Below, in pieces: positions 51,893 through 64,000 of a stretch of 64,000 nucleotides of DNA. Each line of letters begins with the position of its first letter. Position 1 is the stretch's first letter. Both the position numbers and the translations under genes were made by a program. The notes under the pieces are model-generated. The model made no database searches. It had not been told where the DNA came from and saw nothing but the letters and a program-made list of their open reading frames with translations. The DNA comes from Trichosphaerium sp. ATCC 40318 (Eukaryota > Protista > Tubulinea). The DNA lies in NCBI GenBank assembly GCA_038496445.1, contig JALMLS010000507.1, positions 186,001 to 250,000 on the forward strand, given 5' to 3'.

Positions 51893-54051
51893 ATGACGCT
51901 TGGGAAGGTAACATTTACCTTACTGGTCGCTATTACATGCGTAATTGCACAAGAAAAATACTTTACACAGGTACAGAGCCTGAAATAAGAAAGAGCGTTA
52001 GAATGTTCCACTATTCGTTTTCTTTTGTTTATTTGCGCGTATTGTGCTTGTACTCACAACAAAAACAGAAATTGGATCATTTTTCAGCTTACAACGCAAA
52101 CACATGGCAACAACGCTACTTCGTAAACGCCACGTACTGGAAGGATTCAAACTCTCCAATTTTTTGTACGCATCGGAGCTTTGAAAAAAAGCGCATTAAA
52201 TGCTCACGTCTGAATATTAGTTCAAGTTGGAGGCGAAGGAGCAATTTCTGATGTTTATGTCAACGGAGGTTTGGCAATGAGCACTTACGGCATTGAACAC
52301 GGTACATATACCTTGCAACGCGTATATAACTAATTATACCACAGGCGCAATGCTTGTAGCGTTAGAACATCGGTTTTATGGTAAAAGTAAACCAACAGCT
52401 AATTTGACAACAGACAACCTGCTTTACTTAACATCAGAGCAAGCGTACGTACTTTTGAAAATCAAATAAGTCCAAACGTCGAACTATTTGTTAAACTTAT
52501 TGCTGTTGTAGTCTGAGCGATGCTGCAAACTTTATTACTTGGTTCAGAGTATGATAAAAAGGCCTAAAACAAGAACTGTCATTTATTGCCTATTAGGGCC
52601 AAATTGGAGCTACTGAACAGAGCCGTGTTATCACATTCGGATGTTCATACCCTGGAAGTCTTGCCGCTTGGTTCCGCATCAAGTTCGTTTTTTCTCAAAC
52701 AAAAAATGAAGAAATTATCGAAAAACTTTTCTTCTTACCATTTTCTAGACACCCAGAGGTCACATACGCGTCTGTTGCTTCTAGCGCACCTGTTCAAGCA
52801 ACATACGATTTTTATAAATATTTAGACGTTGTAGATGTTTCAATTGGTAAGTATTACGTAGAGTTACTGTTACACACCATCTTTCCTGAAAAAACAATAA
52901 ATTGATTCTGATTTTTTAGCGAAATTGGCTGGCGAGAAATGCGATAGTCTCATTAGAGCTGGTACAGATATTGTCCAAACGCTTGTTACTTCTGATAGTG
53001 GCAGAGAGAAACTTGGTGTAAGCACATGTCTGCCTCGACGACAAACGTAGCTTGCTTGGGTTAATACTTGCTTTTTAGTCAATTTTCAACTTCTGTCAAC
53101 CTATCAGTGGCTCCCCTGAGGATATTGCATCATTCATAGCAAATATTATGGGTATATGGCAAGGTGGAGTTCAATACAATGGAGAAGGCCGTGGTAACGT
53201 CAAGCCAGTACGAAATCTTACTGCGGTTTTACCAAAAGACGTCAAATTTTTATTGAAACAATTGTTCCTAACCTTTTGGGTTTAGCTTTGTGATATCATG
53301 GTAGCAAATGAAGATAGCCCAATCACTGGTTACGCAAAAGTTGTAGAAAAAGTATCAAACGCACGTGTTAACTCCTATTTTACGCCATTTTCTTTCTTTT
53401 TGGCTCTGACGTTTGGATTTAGGGCGAATGCTTACCTGCTTCTTATCAAGAAGCTGTAGCTCAATTAACAAATCTCACTCAAGCAGAAGCAGGTGTTGGT
53501 GTTAGATCATGGGTTTTCCAAACTTGTAATGAGTTTGGTTACTTCCAGACTACTGATTCTGAGAACCAACCTTTTGGTGACCTTGTACCTGTTAGCTATT
53601 ACGCAGAATTATGCGAAAAGGCATTTGGGAGGAAATTCAATACACCGCAACTCATCTATGATACAAATCAAATCTACGGAGGAAAAAACATCAGACCTAC
53701 TGACACATCAAACATTTTGTTTGTCAATGGTACTTTTTTTTTGCTATAATTATTTGCTGTCACGGTACATGATTTTTGTCTAAATAATCTATGTAGGAAA
53801 TATCGACCCTTGGCATGCTTTAGGCGTTATTAGTGATATTTCTGACTCTTTGAAAGCTGTATTCATCAATGGAACTGGTATGTCCATTTTTTTCTTGCTT
53901 CTTTTTTAAACTATTACGTCAGCAGTCCTGTTTGACTAACTTAACTGTAGCGCACTGTGCTAATGTTCATGCTCCAAGTGAAGATGATTTACCATCCTTA
54001 ACACAAGCAAGACAAAAAATTTCTGCACAAATCAAGGTTTGGTTAGAATAA
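51893..54051 (+). CDS. Serine peptidase family S28 (PRSS16/PRCP-like), secreted or lysosomal
   Basis: Signal peptide; FTQ|KLDHF...WQQRYFVN, VGGEG, LEHRFYGKS, FGCSYPGSLAAW (catalytic Ser), ASSAPV, SWVFQTCNEFGYFQT, GNIDPWH, HCA. Confidence 0.93.
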
Positions 54052-54318
54052 TAAATTTAAGCTAAAAAACCAAAAAAATCTGCGTGTTTGACTTTTTATT
54101 GAGTGCCCACGCGTGCGTGTTTTGACTTCTTGCCAGTGGTGCTTTCATCTTACTCTACCTGTTTGGACATTATTATGTCATTCTGTTAAAGACAACTGAG
54201 TATTCATTGAAACTAAGAAAAGTGGTAGAAATTTGTTCGTTTTTAGCCAAAGTGACGTAACCGCAAATTTTATCCAACATTTCTTAAATCATAATATAAT
54301 AAATAACACTAACAAAAC

Positions 54319-57300
54319 ATGGAGTTCCTCGACGATTTATTCGTTGATCACCCGTTTCTAAACGCTTTGATTACACATTGCGATCCTAGCAATGTTAACG
54401 TTAAAAAGAAACAGCTATATAAGCGCCCAGTAGCTAAAAAACGGCCCCCACAGCGTCAAAGAAAGAAACAACGTACAAGACAAACACAAAACCGACAAAG
54501 GCGTACAACAACAAAGCGTGGTAATAGAAACGCCACCAAGCGAATCAAACAACGAAATGTACCTGCGAAAAAGAAATCTCAACAATCAACGCAAATTCAA
54601 AAACAGATAAACGAACCTCCTAAACCAATTTCAGAGGCTGAGACAAAAATAGAGCCTCAGGAGCACAAAATTAATCAAACAGTAACTAACGTCTCTACAC
54701 AAGAGTCTTCCGTCCTGATGCGCGAAAGAGCAATATTTGGCGCTATAATAAAAGGTACTAAGCCGTTAATTAATCTCGCAAAAAAAAAACGTTAAAAATC
54801 GACGCAGGCAAACTCTCCAACCTCAAAAAGCTATTCCAGAAGGATCCCTTTGATGTCAATATGCCTAAGACACCAGCAGGAGTAAAACGACGCAAAACGT
54901 GAGCAGCACTTGACAGTTTTTTTATCATAAAACTTTTTTGTGTTTTTTTTTACCGATCTCTGACTGTTCTTTCAAGTGTTCTCAGTACTCTTCCTCGTCA
55001 AACACCTGGTTGGCGCCCTCTTCATTTCGCGGCGTGGTTTGATCATGTTGATATTACTAGATGGCTTTTAGAGCAGTCTGCTGACCCTAATATCGCAAAT
55101 GATATTGGACAAGTGAGTTTTTATTTTTTCTGTATGTTTGTTAATTCATTGATTCCCAGGCTCCTCTTCATGTCGCTGCTGTAAGAAATTCAGTAGATGT
55201 TACTAAAGCGCTTATAAAAGGTGCCGCAACAGTGGACAAACAGAACGTTAAGGTGAGTATTTTGGTGTTTGTATTAGTTTTTTTAATGATTCGATTCTTA
55301 TGACTTTGCTAGCGCCATTCCCAGACACCACTTCAACTTGCATCTCTTGTAGGTTCTTCTAGAGTTGTTGAAGTACTTCTAGAAGCAGGAGCAGATCCAT
55401 TACTTTGTAATGAAAATGTATCTGGACCTCAATCAGCAATTGGTTTTGCTTCAGCTCGAGGAAGGGATCAAGTAATTGATAAGATTGCAGACATGCAAGA
55501 CAGTAGATCTCCATTACCACTAAAGTAAGATATTAACACTACCCTAAAGCCTAGTATGCACTTACTTACCTTGTCCAATAGAAAAGAGAATGGACTGAAC
55601 GCTTTTCAGCGTGCTGTAGCCGGAAATTATACAGATGTTCTTAGTATGTTACTAGACTTAATACCAGATCAGTCATCTCCTCCAAGTGACTTGGTAAAAT
55701 CACTTGACAGTGCTCTTTCGGATGCAATAACAAAGAACAATATGGATGCATTTAATGCCATACTCTCAAGACCAGGTAGGCTCAACAATGAAAGATTTAT
55801 TAAATCTATTGCCACCAAACACAATTTTTCTTTTTATTTTTGTTGATGTTGAAAACAAAAAAAGAAAGTGTCATTTCGACATTCACTTACTGTTTTTGTT
55901 AGATATTCTTCGACCTTCTATCTGGAGACTTGAACAAGCAGTTCAGCATAATAGACTATCTATGGTTGAATCTATTATTCCTCACGTGTCAGTGAAATCA
56001 AACATCTATTACATGGATGCAATAAGTAACATTGCATGTGCTAACGGTAAGTCAAGATAAAACAAGAAAAACTTGAGACTTTTTTTTGGTTCTTATTCAC
56101 TTATGTATTTACACAGGATACCTTGATATTTTCAAGATACTTCATGGCGCTGGGTGTAGTGTAAATGGTATACACTCAGTAGGACACTTAAAAATGGCCG
56201 CTGCTAAAGGCCACATTGATGTGGTTAAATATTTACTAGAGCAAGGTACCCAAACTCTAAGAGTGATCAGCACTTTTGCTTACTTCTATTGTCAAGGAGC
56301 AAATCCAATGCTAATGTATCATGGAACTATTCCATTACACTATGCCTGTCTCAAGAAAGAATCACAGTAAGTTGCTCTGTTTGTTTGCGTTGTCTTTTTT
56401 TTTTGTGCTTTTTTTTTGACTAAATGTTACATTTTATGTACCTCCTTTCCTTATGGTATTCTTTTAACTGTTCGTTAGAATTGTTGAAGCTCTTGTAAAT
56501 GCTGAACCAAAAGGTCTTTCCATAGCTGATAGAAATGGAAGTATGCCAATACATATAGCTGGTACGCAAGCGAGTAAGAATTATTCAAAAACTAATTGCT
56601 ATTAAACAGTTGCTGCTGATTCAATTCGTTGTATCAAAGCTATACTTGCGAATTCTAAGTCAGATATCAATCGTAGAGATGCAAGCAAATTTGGTTATAC
56701 ACCACTCCATGTAGCAGCATCCAAAGGGTAAGTACAGAAAAGTACAACATAAACTGACTTGAATAGTCGAATATCAATTGTAAAATACCTTGCTTCAAAT
56801 GGTGCTGATATCGAGCTGAAGACTAAACATAAGCGTTCGGCTATGACAGCTCTTGATCTAGCTAGAAAGAATCATCATACAAATATTGTTTCTATGCTCA
56901 GATCTTTGGGTGCTGAAGACGAGCATCAAGGGTACACGTGATTTTTCTTTCTTTGCAATCTTTATTGTTTTTAACATTCTTTCGTAGTGAAAATGTCCAT
57001 GCTGATAATACTCAAGTGAAGTTACTTGATTTTTATGATACACCACCCAAAGAATTTCAATACCCTGATGACCTATTTTCGTTATCAGAAAGAAAACCAT
57101 CACTACATAAACGTTTTGCACCAAAAAAAAAGGAAACAACAAGGTAAGAAGAAAAAGCTTGTGTTAGCCCTGCTTAGTCTCTATTCTAGTGCTGCGGTTA
57201 GTACAACTTCAGTTAAAGCATGGGAAACAGTCCGTTTATTCATATCATCTACGTTCACAGATATGCAGGTAAGGACAAGTCTATAACTTAAGTATAATGT

Positions 57301-60300
57301 TATGACTTAATACTAACTTGTTCTTTTTCTAGGCTGAGAGGAATTACTTGGTAAATTTCGTCATGCCAAAACTACGTAAGATGTGCGCTGCGCGTTGTGT
57401 ACATCTAGTAGAAGTAGATCTCAGATGGGGTGTTACTACTGAGCAAGCTCAAAAGGGTCTAACACTTGATATCTGTTTATCTGAAGTAGACAACTGTATG
57501 ATCTTTGCTGGTCTTCTTGGTAGCAGATACGGTTGGGTTCCTTCTGTAGAACAAGTAAGAGATGATATTCGCGTTAAATATGGATGGAGAGATGGCCAAT
57601 CTGTTACGGCAATGGAAATAAGAAGAGGTGCACTAGACAAGGCTCATAATCCCAACTGCTTTGCATCTTTCTATATCAGAAATGACCGCTTTGCTTCGTC
57701 CCTTCCTCGAAACGTACGTCCCCTCGCTACCCGCCTTGGTTATTGTTCCTCGTTTGTAGTATATTGTATAATAATTAACATAAACTGTCTTTAGGTAAAG
57801 CAGCGCTATGAAGAGGCCAATTCGAAAAACAAACAAAAGCTCTCTGATTTGAAACGTGCCATCAGGAAAACGAAATTCCCGGTTACTGACTACTCTCCTT
57901 CTTTTAAGAAGATGAATTCAAATGGTATTCCTGAATGTTCTGGTCTTGAAGCTTTCGGTGAAGCTTTTATCAAAAACGTACGAGAACGAAGAACCAAAAA
58001 GAAAGAAAAAAAAGAGAAATAGAAGCTTTGTTTTTGCATCTTTGCGCATGCTTTACAGTCATTTCTTTTCTTGGGTTGTTATAATATTAACTGTCCTTTT
58101 TAGGTTTGGTCTGTTATTGATAAAAAGTATCCACTTAATGGTAATGAAGAAGACCCAGTTGTTGTTGAAAAGGCTTATCACCAAGAGTTTATTGAACATC
58201 GTACACGCAACTTTGTTGGTCGCAATGATAAGCTTGATGCTTTGAAGAAATATGTGAGTGGATCTTCAACTAGCCCACTGGTATTGGGCGGCCAAGCAGG
58301 TAAGACCTTATATGACCATCAAGAGTGAAAATAACATAACCTTTTAGGAAGTGGTAAATCAGCATTAATGGGTTTCTTCTCGAAAAAAATAAGTGAAACT
58401 TCTGGTGTTACTGCAGTCACTCACTTTGTTGGTGCTTCACCAGATTCCACAAGTATAATGCAAACACTATATCGTCTATGCCGCGAAATTGTAAGGGAAT
58501 GTCACTTGTGGGAAGTCGTTAAAGGTAAGCACTACCTTGGGTTTATTTATCACGTGATAATTCTTATGTTTGTTCTAGATGGATTGGACTTTGATCAACT
58601 GATTTTATTGTTTAATAAGATCATCAATAGCGCTTCAAAAGGTCTTGGATTATCCCGTAAATTGGTCATTGTACTGGATGCTGTAAATCAGTTTCATAAT
58701 GATAGACATCGACCAGAACAATTACTATGGCTTCCAGAAGTTCTACCATCGTAAGCCAGCAACATTTCTTTTTTTGTTTATTCTTAGCTATGCTAATTAC
58801 TTTGCTTAAGGAATGTGAAAATAGTAATCTCGTGCTTACCTGGAAGTTGGTTTGATGCACTCAAAGCAAGGAAGTATCCTGTGCTAAATATAGGTACATG
58901 TTATTTTACGAAAAAAGTCGGAAATTGTCAAAAAATGATGTGTTACCATCAACCTTTGAGCGTTACAAAGTATTAATGTTTTTATGTAGGCGAGCTATCC
59001 CTGAAAGATAGAACTGATATTGTTGTTCAAACACTATCAAAGCACAATAAACAGCTATCAAGAGACCAATTAAAACTACTCATGAACAAATCTGGTATGC
59101 CTGGAGTATTTTAGCGTCAACAGCGCTTATAGAATAACTGTAAGTCAATATTATGACTCACACATTGTTCTTAGATGCATATAAGCCACTATACTTGATA
59201 GTCGCTTGTGAAGAGCTGAGGATTTTTGGCATTTTCGAAAAACTGAAGCAAAAGATTCAACGGTTAGGTCAGACGTATGTAATCTTTCTTTCATATTTTG
59301 GTATGAATCGTACTTATTCGTATTTTTAGTCTACCTGAGCTTCTTGCTCAAGTTCTTGAGAGGTTAGAAAATGACCATGGAAAAGATATTGTTTCATCTG
59401 CTTTGAGCTTACTCGAGTGCTCTCGACATGGTCTCTTGGAGCAAGAGATGCTCACAATATTAGGCGTACCTAGAGCAAAGTGGAGTGCTCTTAATCTCAG
59501 TACGTCTTTCAAATTAGACGATGACCTCATCGAAGACACTAACATGTTGTTTTTTACAAAGATTTGCACCTTTTCCTTCGGCAAATGGGTAAAGAAGGAC
59601 AATTTGATTTCTTCCATAGACAAATCGCAAAAGCGGGTAAGCCATACTAAGTCAATTTTGAAACGTGGAATACTCTAAAGAAGAACACGTTTTGGTTGTT
59701 TTTGTTTATGTACCTGTACTGATCATTAATGATAGTTCGTGCTCGATACATGCCTAACGTAGATAACACTACACTCTATAATGTCAAACTAGCCAATTAT
59801 TTTATGAAACTAGCAGATCCAAAAGGAGATTTCTCTTTTGCATCAGAAGACAGTGATGTAGAAGTTCAACACAGAGGTGACTCAAATTTACAATTTTCTT
59901 GTAACACTATTTCTTAGCGATTACTGAACTTCCTTACCATCTAATCCATGCGAAAAAGTTTGATGCTCTCACTAAAACATTAACAAGCCTTAACTATATC
60001 CACAGAAAGTGTAAGATCGGACAGGTACGAGTAGCACTAGCCACTTAAAAAAACCTAACATATGAAATCAAAAGACTTTTGGCTTGATTTCGGATTACAA
60101 TAGAATTCAAGATGTATCTTCTTCTACAAGTGATACAAGACTTAATAAAGTTATTACTGAAGTTATGGAATTCAAAAAATTCTTGCGCTCAAAAGCTTAC
60201 GAAATCCATGAAGATCCAGAAGGTAATTTAAACAAAAAACTGAATTATTTATTCTGATTTTTTCTTTCAAAAGTGTTGATTCAAATGGCTCTCAATCAGA

Positions 60301-63020
60301 ACGAAATGCCAAAGGTCAGCAACCAAGCAAAGTCTATCATAGCAAAGAAGCCAAAACTACCTTACATGGAATGGCTCAATCGCCCTCAAGCCCCATCAAA
60401 GGTAAGCCTGATAAACCGTCCATTTGGTTTTCTAAAAACAACAATCCTTAGGGTGCTTCAATGGTTATCGCAGGAAATTCTGACGTTAATGATTGCGTAT
60501 ACTCTCCTGATGGATCAAAGGTATTGAGTGCGCACAAAGCAGGAACAGTATGCGTGTGGTCATCAAAGACAGGTACAAATCACAATTTCAATAATTTGAC
60601 TGGTACTAAAAACTAAAAAGGCGAACAAGTTGCTAGCTTTCCAAGCCATAAAGACCGCGTAAATTCAGTTAGATTTACGAGAGATGGGGCTTTCTTTGCT
60701 TCAGTAGGAGGAGATGGTTTAGCTGTACTATATGATTCTGTTACGATGCAAACAATAGGAAGCGTAAAAGTTTGCAACGGAGGTGCTTTTGGATGCTGTT
60801 TCAGCCCAAAGAATGAACTTCTTGTTGGTTGTGCCGATGGTAGCATCGCAATCATTAATGTTAAGAAACCAAGTGTAATTGAACGACATCTCAGAGGAGG
60901 TCATACCTCAGGTTCGTTATAGTTTTTCTTTTCTGGATTTTTTCAGTTTCGCTGATTGTTTGTTTGTAGATGTTCTTGCTATTGATTACTCTAAGGATGG
61001 TCAATACTTTGTAACATCATCAAAGGATAAAACTATTGGTATTTGGAGTGCGAAAAAGTTTGTTAAAGCGAAAACACTGAGAGGACACTCTAAACCAGTT
61101 CAAGATGTTAAGTTTTTCCCTGATAACATTCATGTAATCTCAGCTTGCCAAGATGCTACGATGAGGTACAATTTATTATGCTCAACTAAGATATTGTTCT
61201 AATACAACAACAAAAGGATTTGGAACATAAAATCAACGAAGATTTGTCAAACACTTAAGGTAAGTATCCTAACTTAATTGACTCCAAAAAAACAGTCAAC
61301 AAAACAAATTGTCACGTGTTTCCTTTGACAATATGTTTCGTTCTCTTTTTAGGAGAGATCAACAAGAATGCAGAGAAAATTTTCCTTAGCTAGTACTAAC
61401 GTACACTTATTAACTGTTTCTTTTAAGATGCATAAGAACAACATTGAGTCTATTGCTGTTTCACCAGATGGTAAACACGTGATTAGTGCAAGTTGGGATC
61501 GTACTGTTAGATTATGGTCTATTAATTCAAAATCTTCTGGATTAACAGCACAACATGTTGGTAGATACCCTGGAACAACTCACTTTGTAAACGCAGCCGC
61601 ATTTTCACCTGACGGAAAGTTGTAAGTCGCTTTGGTTTTTGATTGCCGGCTATTAACACACCATTGTAGTGTCATTTGTGGGCTTCCTGATTATACAATC
61701 CAAGTACATAATATTAACGCTGCGGCTCCTGATGATCAGTTAAATGAAGACAAGAGTCTCAACCCGTACAAGGTTCATGACAAAATGCTTAGAGGTAAAC
61801 TCCCCTGAGTTTTTTTACTAATTTAAAACTTCATGTAATAACTTAACGTCATGTCAGGTCTTGCTTTCCATCCAAAGATAAACTGTATTGCCACTGTTGC
61901 TTGGGATCGTGTAGCAAAGATTCACGAACTATCTCTAGGAAATAAGCAATTCTTAAAGACTTTAAAAACAATCACAGGTAAGCTTTAAACTTATGACATG
62001 ACTCTTTTATTTATCCATTTTGTCCCTTGTGAAGAAACATAATGCCTTTATTTTCCTTTTTCCTAATCTCTCTTGTAGCACACAGCAAGCGTGTGAACTC
62101 TTGTGCGTTCTCAAAAGATGGTAATTACCTCTTTACATCTTCTATGGATCATACTGCTCGTATTTTTGATGTTAAGTCTGGGAAAGAACTTAACTGTCTT
62201 CGTGGTCACACACGTAATGTTTTTATACTCTCTGCATCACATGACTCTCGGTTTATTGTTACTGGGAGTGAAGATAAATCTATTAGGTACGAAACCTTAA
62301 ACATTGATGTAGTGTTGAGGGTTTTTATAGGCTCTGGGATGTTGAGTCTGGCGATGAGTTGGGTGTTCTTTCGGGTCATTCTGATTGGGTTACTGGTATC
62401 GCATTTTCTCCATACAGTAGAAGAATTGTTTCAGCATCAAGAGATGCTACAATGAAAATATGGAACAGTGAAACAGGAGCACAATTGGATACAATGAAAG
62501 GTCACACAAAAACTATTTTGCAGGTAACCTCTTTTTTTTTTTATTTATAAGTAGACGCCTCTTTATACTCACGTGTTTCTTTTTAGGTTGTTTACTCTCC
62601 TAATGGTAAATATATTGCATCAGGTTCAGAGGATGAAACAGTAATTGTTTGGGACGCATTCACGCACAAGCAAAAGATAACAATCAAGTACGAAGCAAAG
62701 GAAATCAGCGAATGAAGCTAATCGTTCTTCAAAAGGGGCCATACCAATGAAGTTACTTGCTGTGGCTTCTCTCCAGATTCTAGATATGTAATCAGTGGTT
62801 CTTCTGATAAAACTGTACGCGTATGGGATATTGAGACAGGTACATTGATCGGCTTTGTAACAATGGTTTTCTTACTATTTTCTTAGGAAAACAAGTATGG
62901 ATATTCCACTGCAATGGTGGTGTAGTTTCCTGTATGATGCCTAAAAAAGATATGATACTCGCGGGAGATAGTGCAGGCTGTCTTTACGTACTGAAACTAG
63001 TAAACCTATTGGATGTGTAG
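54319..63020 (+). CDS. Ankyrin repeats + DUF4062 + NACHT/STAND ATPase + WD40 repeats (TEP1/NWD-like NLR-type protein)
   Basis: Ankyrins ([18 protein letters not shown]); DUF4062 [13 protein letters not shown]|AER...VDLRWG...GLLGSRYGW; FVGR, Walker A GGQA|GSGKS, Walker [10 protein letters not shown]; many GH...WD repeats. Stop at 63020. Confidence 0.9.
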
Positions 63021-64000
63021 GCGAAAAACTTGACAACAATATGTATTGAATAAATATTAATATTCTGGTATTGTACTTCCCTCTCCTCCGAACCAAAAAG
63101 ATTAGTTGTTGAATAGTCCCAATATCACTTAAAGGCGTACTTAAGTGAACTCAAATAGTCAACATTCACAAAAGTGCACAAATTAAATTACACTTTAGAA
63201 GACGACTTTTCTACGACTGTTAAAATTCCGTCGACCTTTTTTCATTAAACCTATACGCAATACGACTAACCACGTGATAACTTGAGATGGAAGAAGTAAC
63301 TGTAATTCGCTTACAAATACGTAAGTGTTTACACCCAACCATCGTTTGATATCTGGTGGGCTTAATATGGGTGTTTTGAGCGTTAAAACGAACAACAGCA
63401 GTGTTTTGAACGATCGAATAGTAAAAATTTTTACAAAACTTTAAACAAACTTGCTGACAACCACTAGTACCGGTTTCGAATGGTAGGGATTACAACATAC
63501 ATGCAACGAACGATATCAGAGAGTACAGTGAAGGACTTTTGGCTTATTTAATTGAGAAATACAGTCAATACAGGAAAGTTAAACTGACGTCAAAGTGGAT
63601 TGATAAAGGACACAAAATGATGCTAAAAGGAGTTAAATTACCTGATACCTTCCTCACCTTACCAATGCTGTTGATAAAATATTTCCATTCCCATGGGTTA
63701 AGGCTTGTTTCCAGCTCAAACTTTACAATGACATTTGCTCAACAGTAAACCGACCAAATAAAGGCCACACAGTTCAAATCATCAAGTTCTCTACTTTTTT
63801 TCCCACATGTTGAAACCGCTCATTTTAAAAGCGAAATGAGACGTAAGCTCATTATGTGGTTAGGTAAAAAAGTGGATTTGAGTAAGTGCAATATTTGCGT
63901 CTATGAACTGCTTTCACTTTTGGTGGAGGTGTACTAAAAGATTTAAGTTCTTTATCTTTTTTTGTGACATCATGGATTTCTCTATGCATTAAAGGATTTA

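Noticed and set aside
1-64000. Alternative genetic code explaining the fragmented ORFs
   Set aside because: Conserved genes (PARG, NUB1, S28, DUF2237) rebuild with ordinary introns, and TAA, TAG and TGA are all used as stops.
63195-64000. ORFs at the window end
   Set aside because: Short, interrupted by stops, and without a supportable domain.

Overview
Compact, AT-rich (about 35% GC by eye), intron-dense eukaryotic genomic DNA. Most introns are 35-70 nt and AATAAA often follows the stop closely. The gene content resembles an amoeboid protist (inference). The ORF track only catches exon fragments, so I rebuilt gene models by hand from GT/GC-AG boundaries; exact ends are approximate. About 21 host genes: tandem class C GPCRs with a beta-helix ectodomain, a CCCH-TPR protein, three F-box/LRR genes plus a relic, two frameshifted F-box-like/MORN-variant genes, an SseB-like protein, PARG, three secreted carbohydrate-active-like proteins, DUF2237, a six-repeat beta-flower-like protein, a GPR137-like protein, an LRR receptor kinase with micro-exons, NUB1, an S28 peptidase and an ankyrin-DUF4062-NACHT-WD40 protein. 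Two delimited DNA transposons are present: a piggyBac-type element inside a NUB1 intron, and an intron-containing MULE with a 9-bp TSD. The strongest unexplained signal is roughly 8-fold enrichment of the palindrome CACGTG throughout host DNA. No rRNA, tRNA or CRISPR was recognised.
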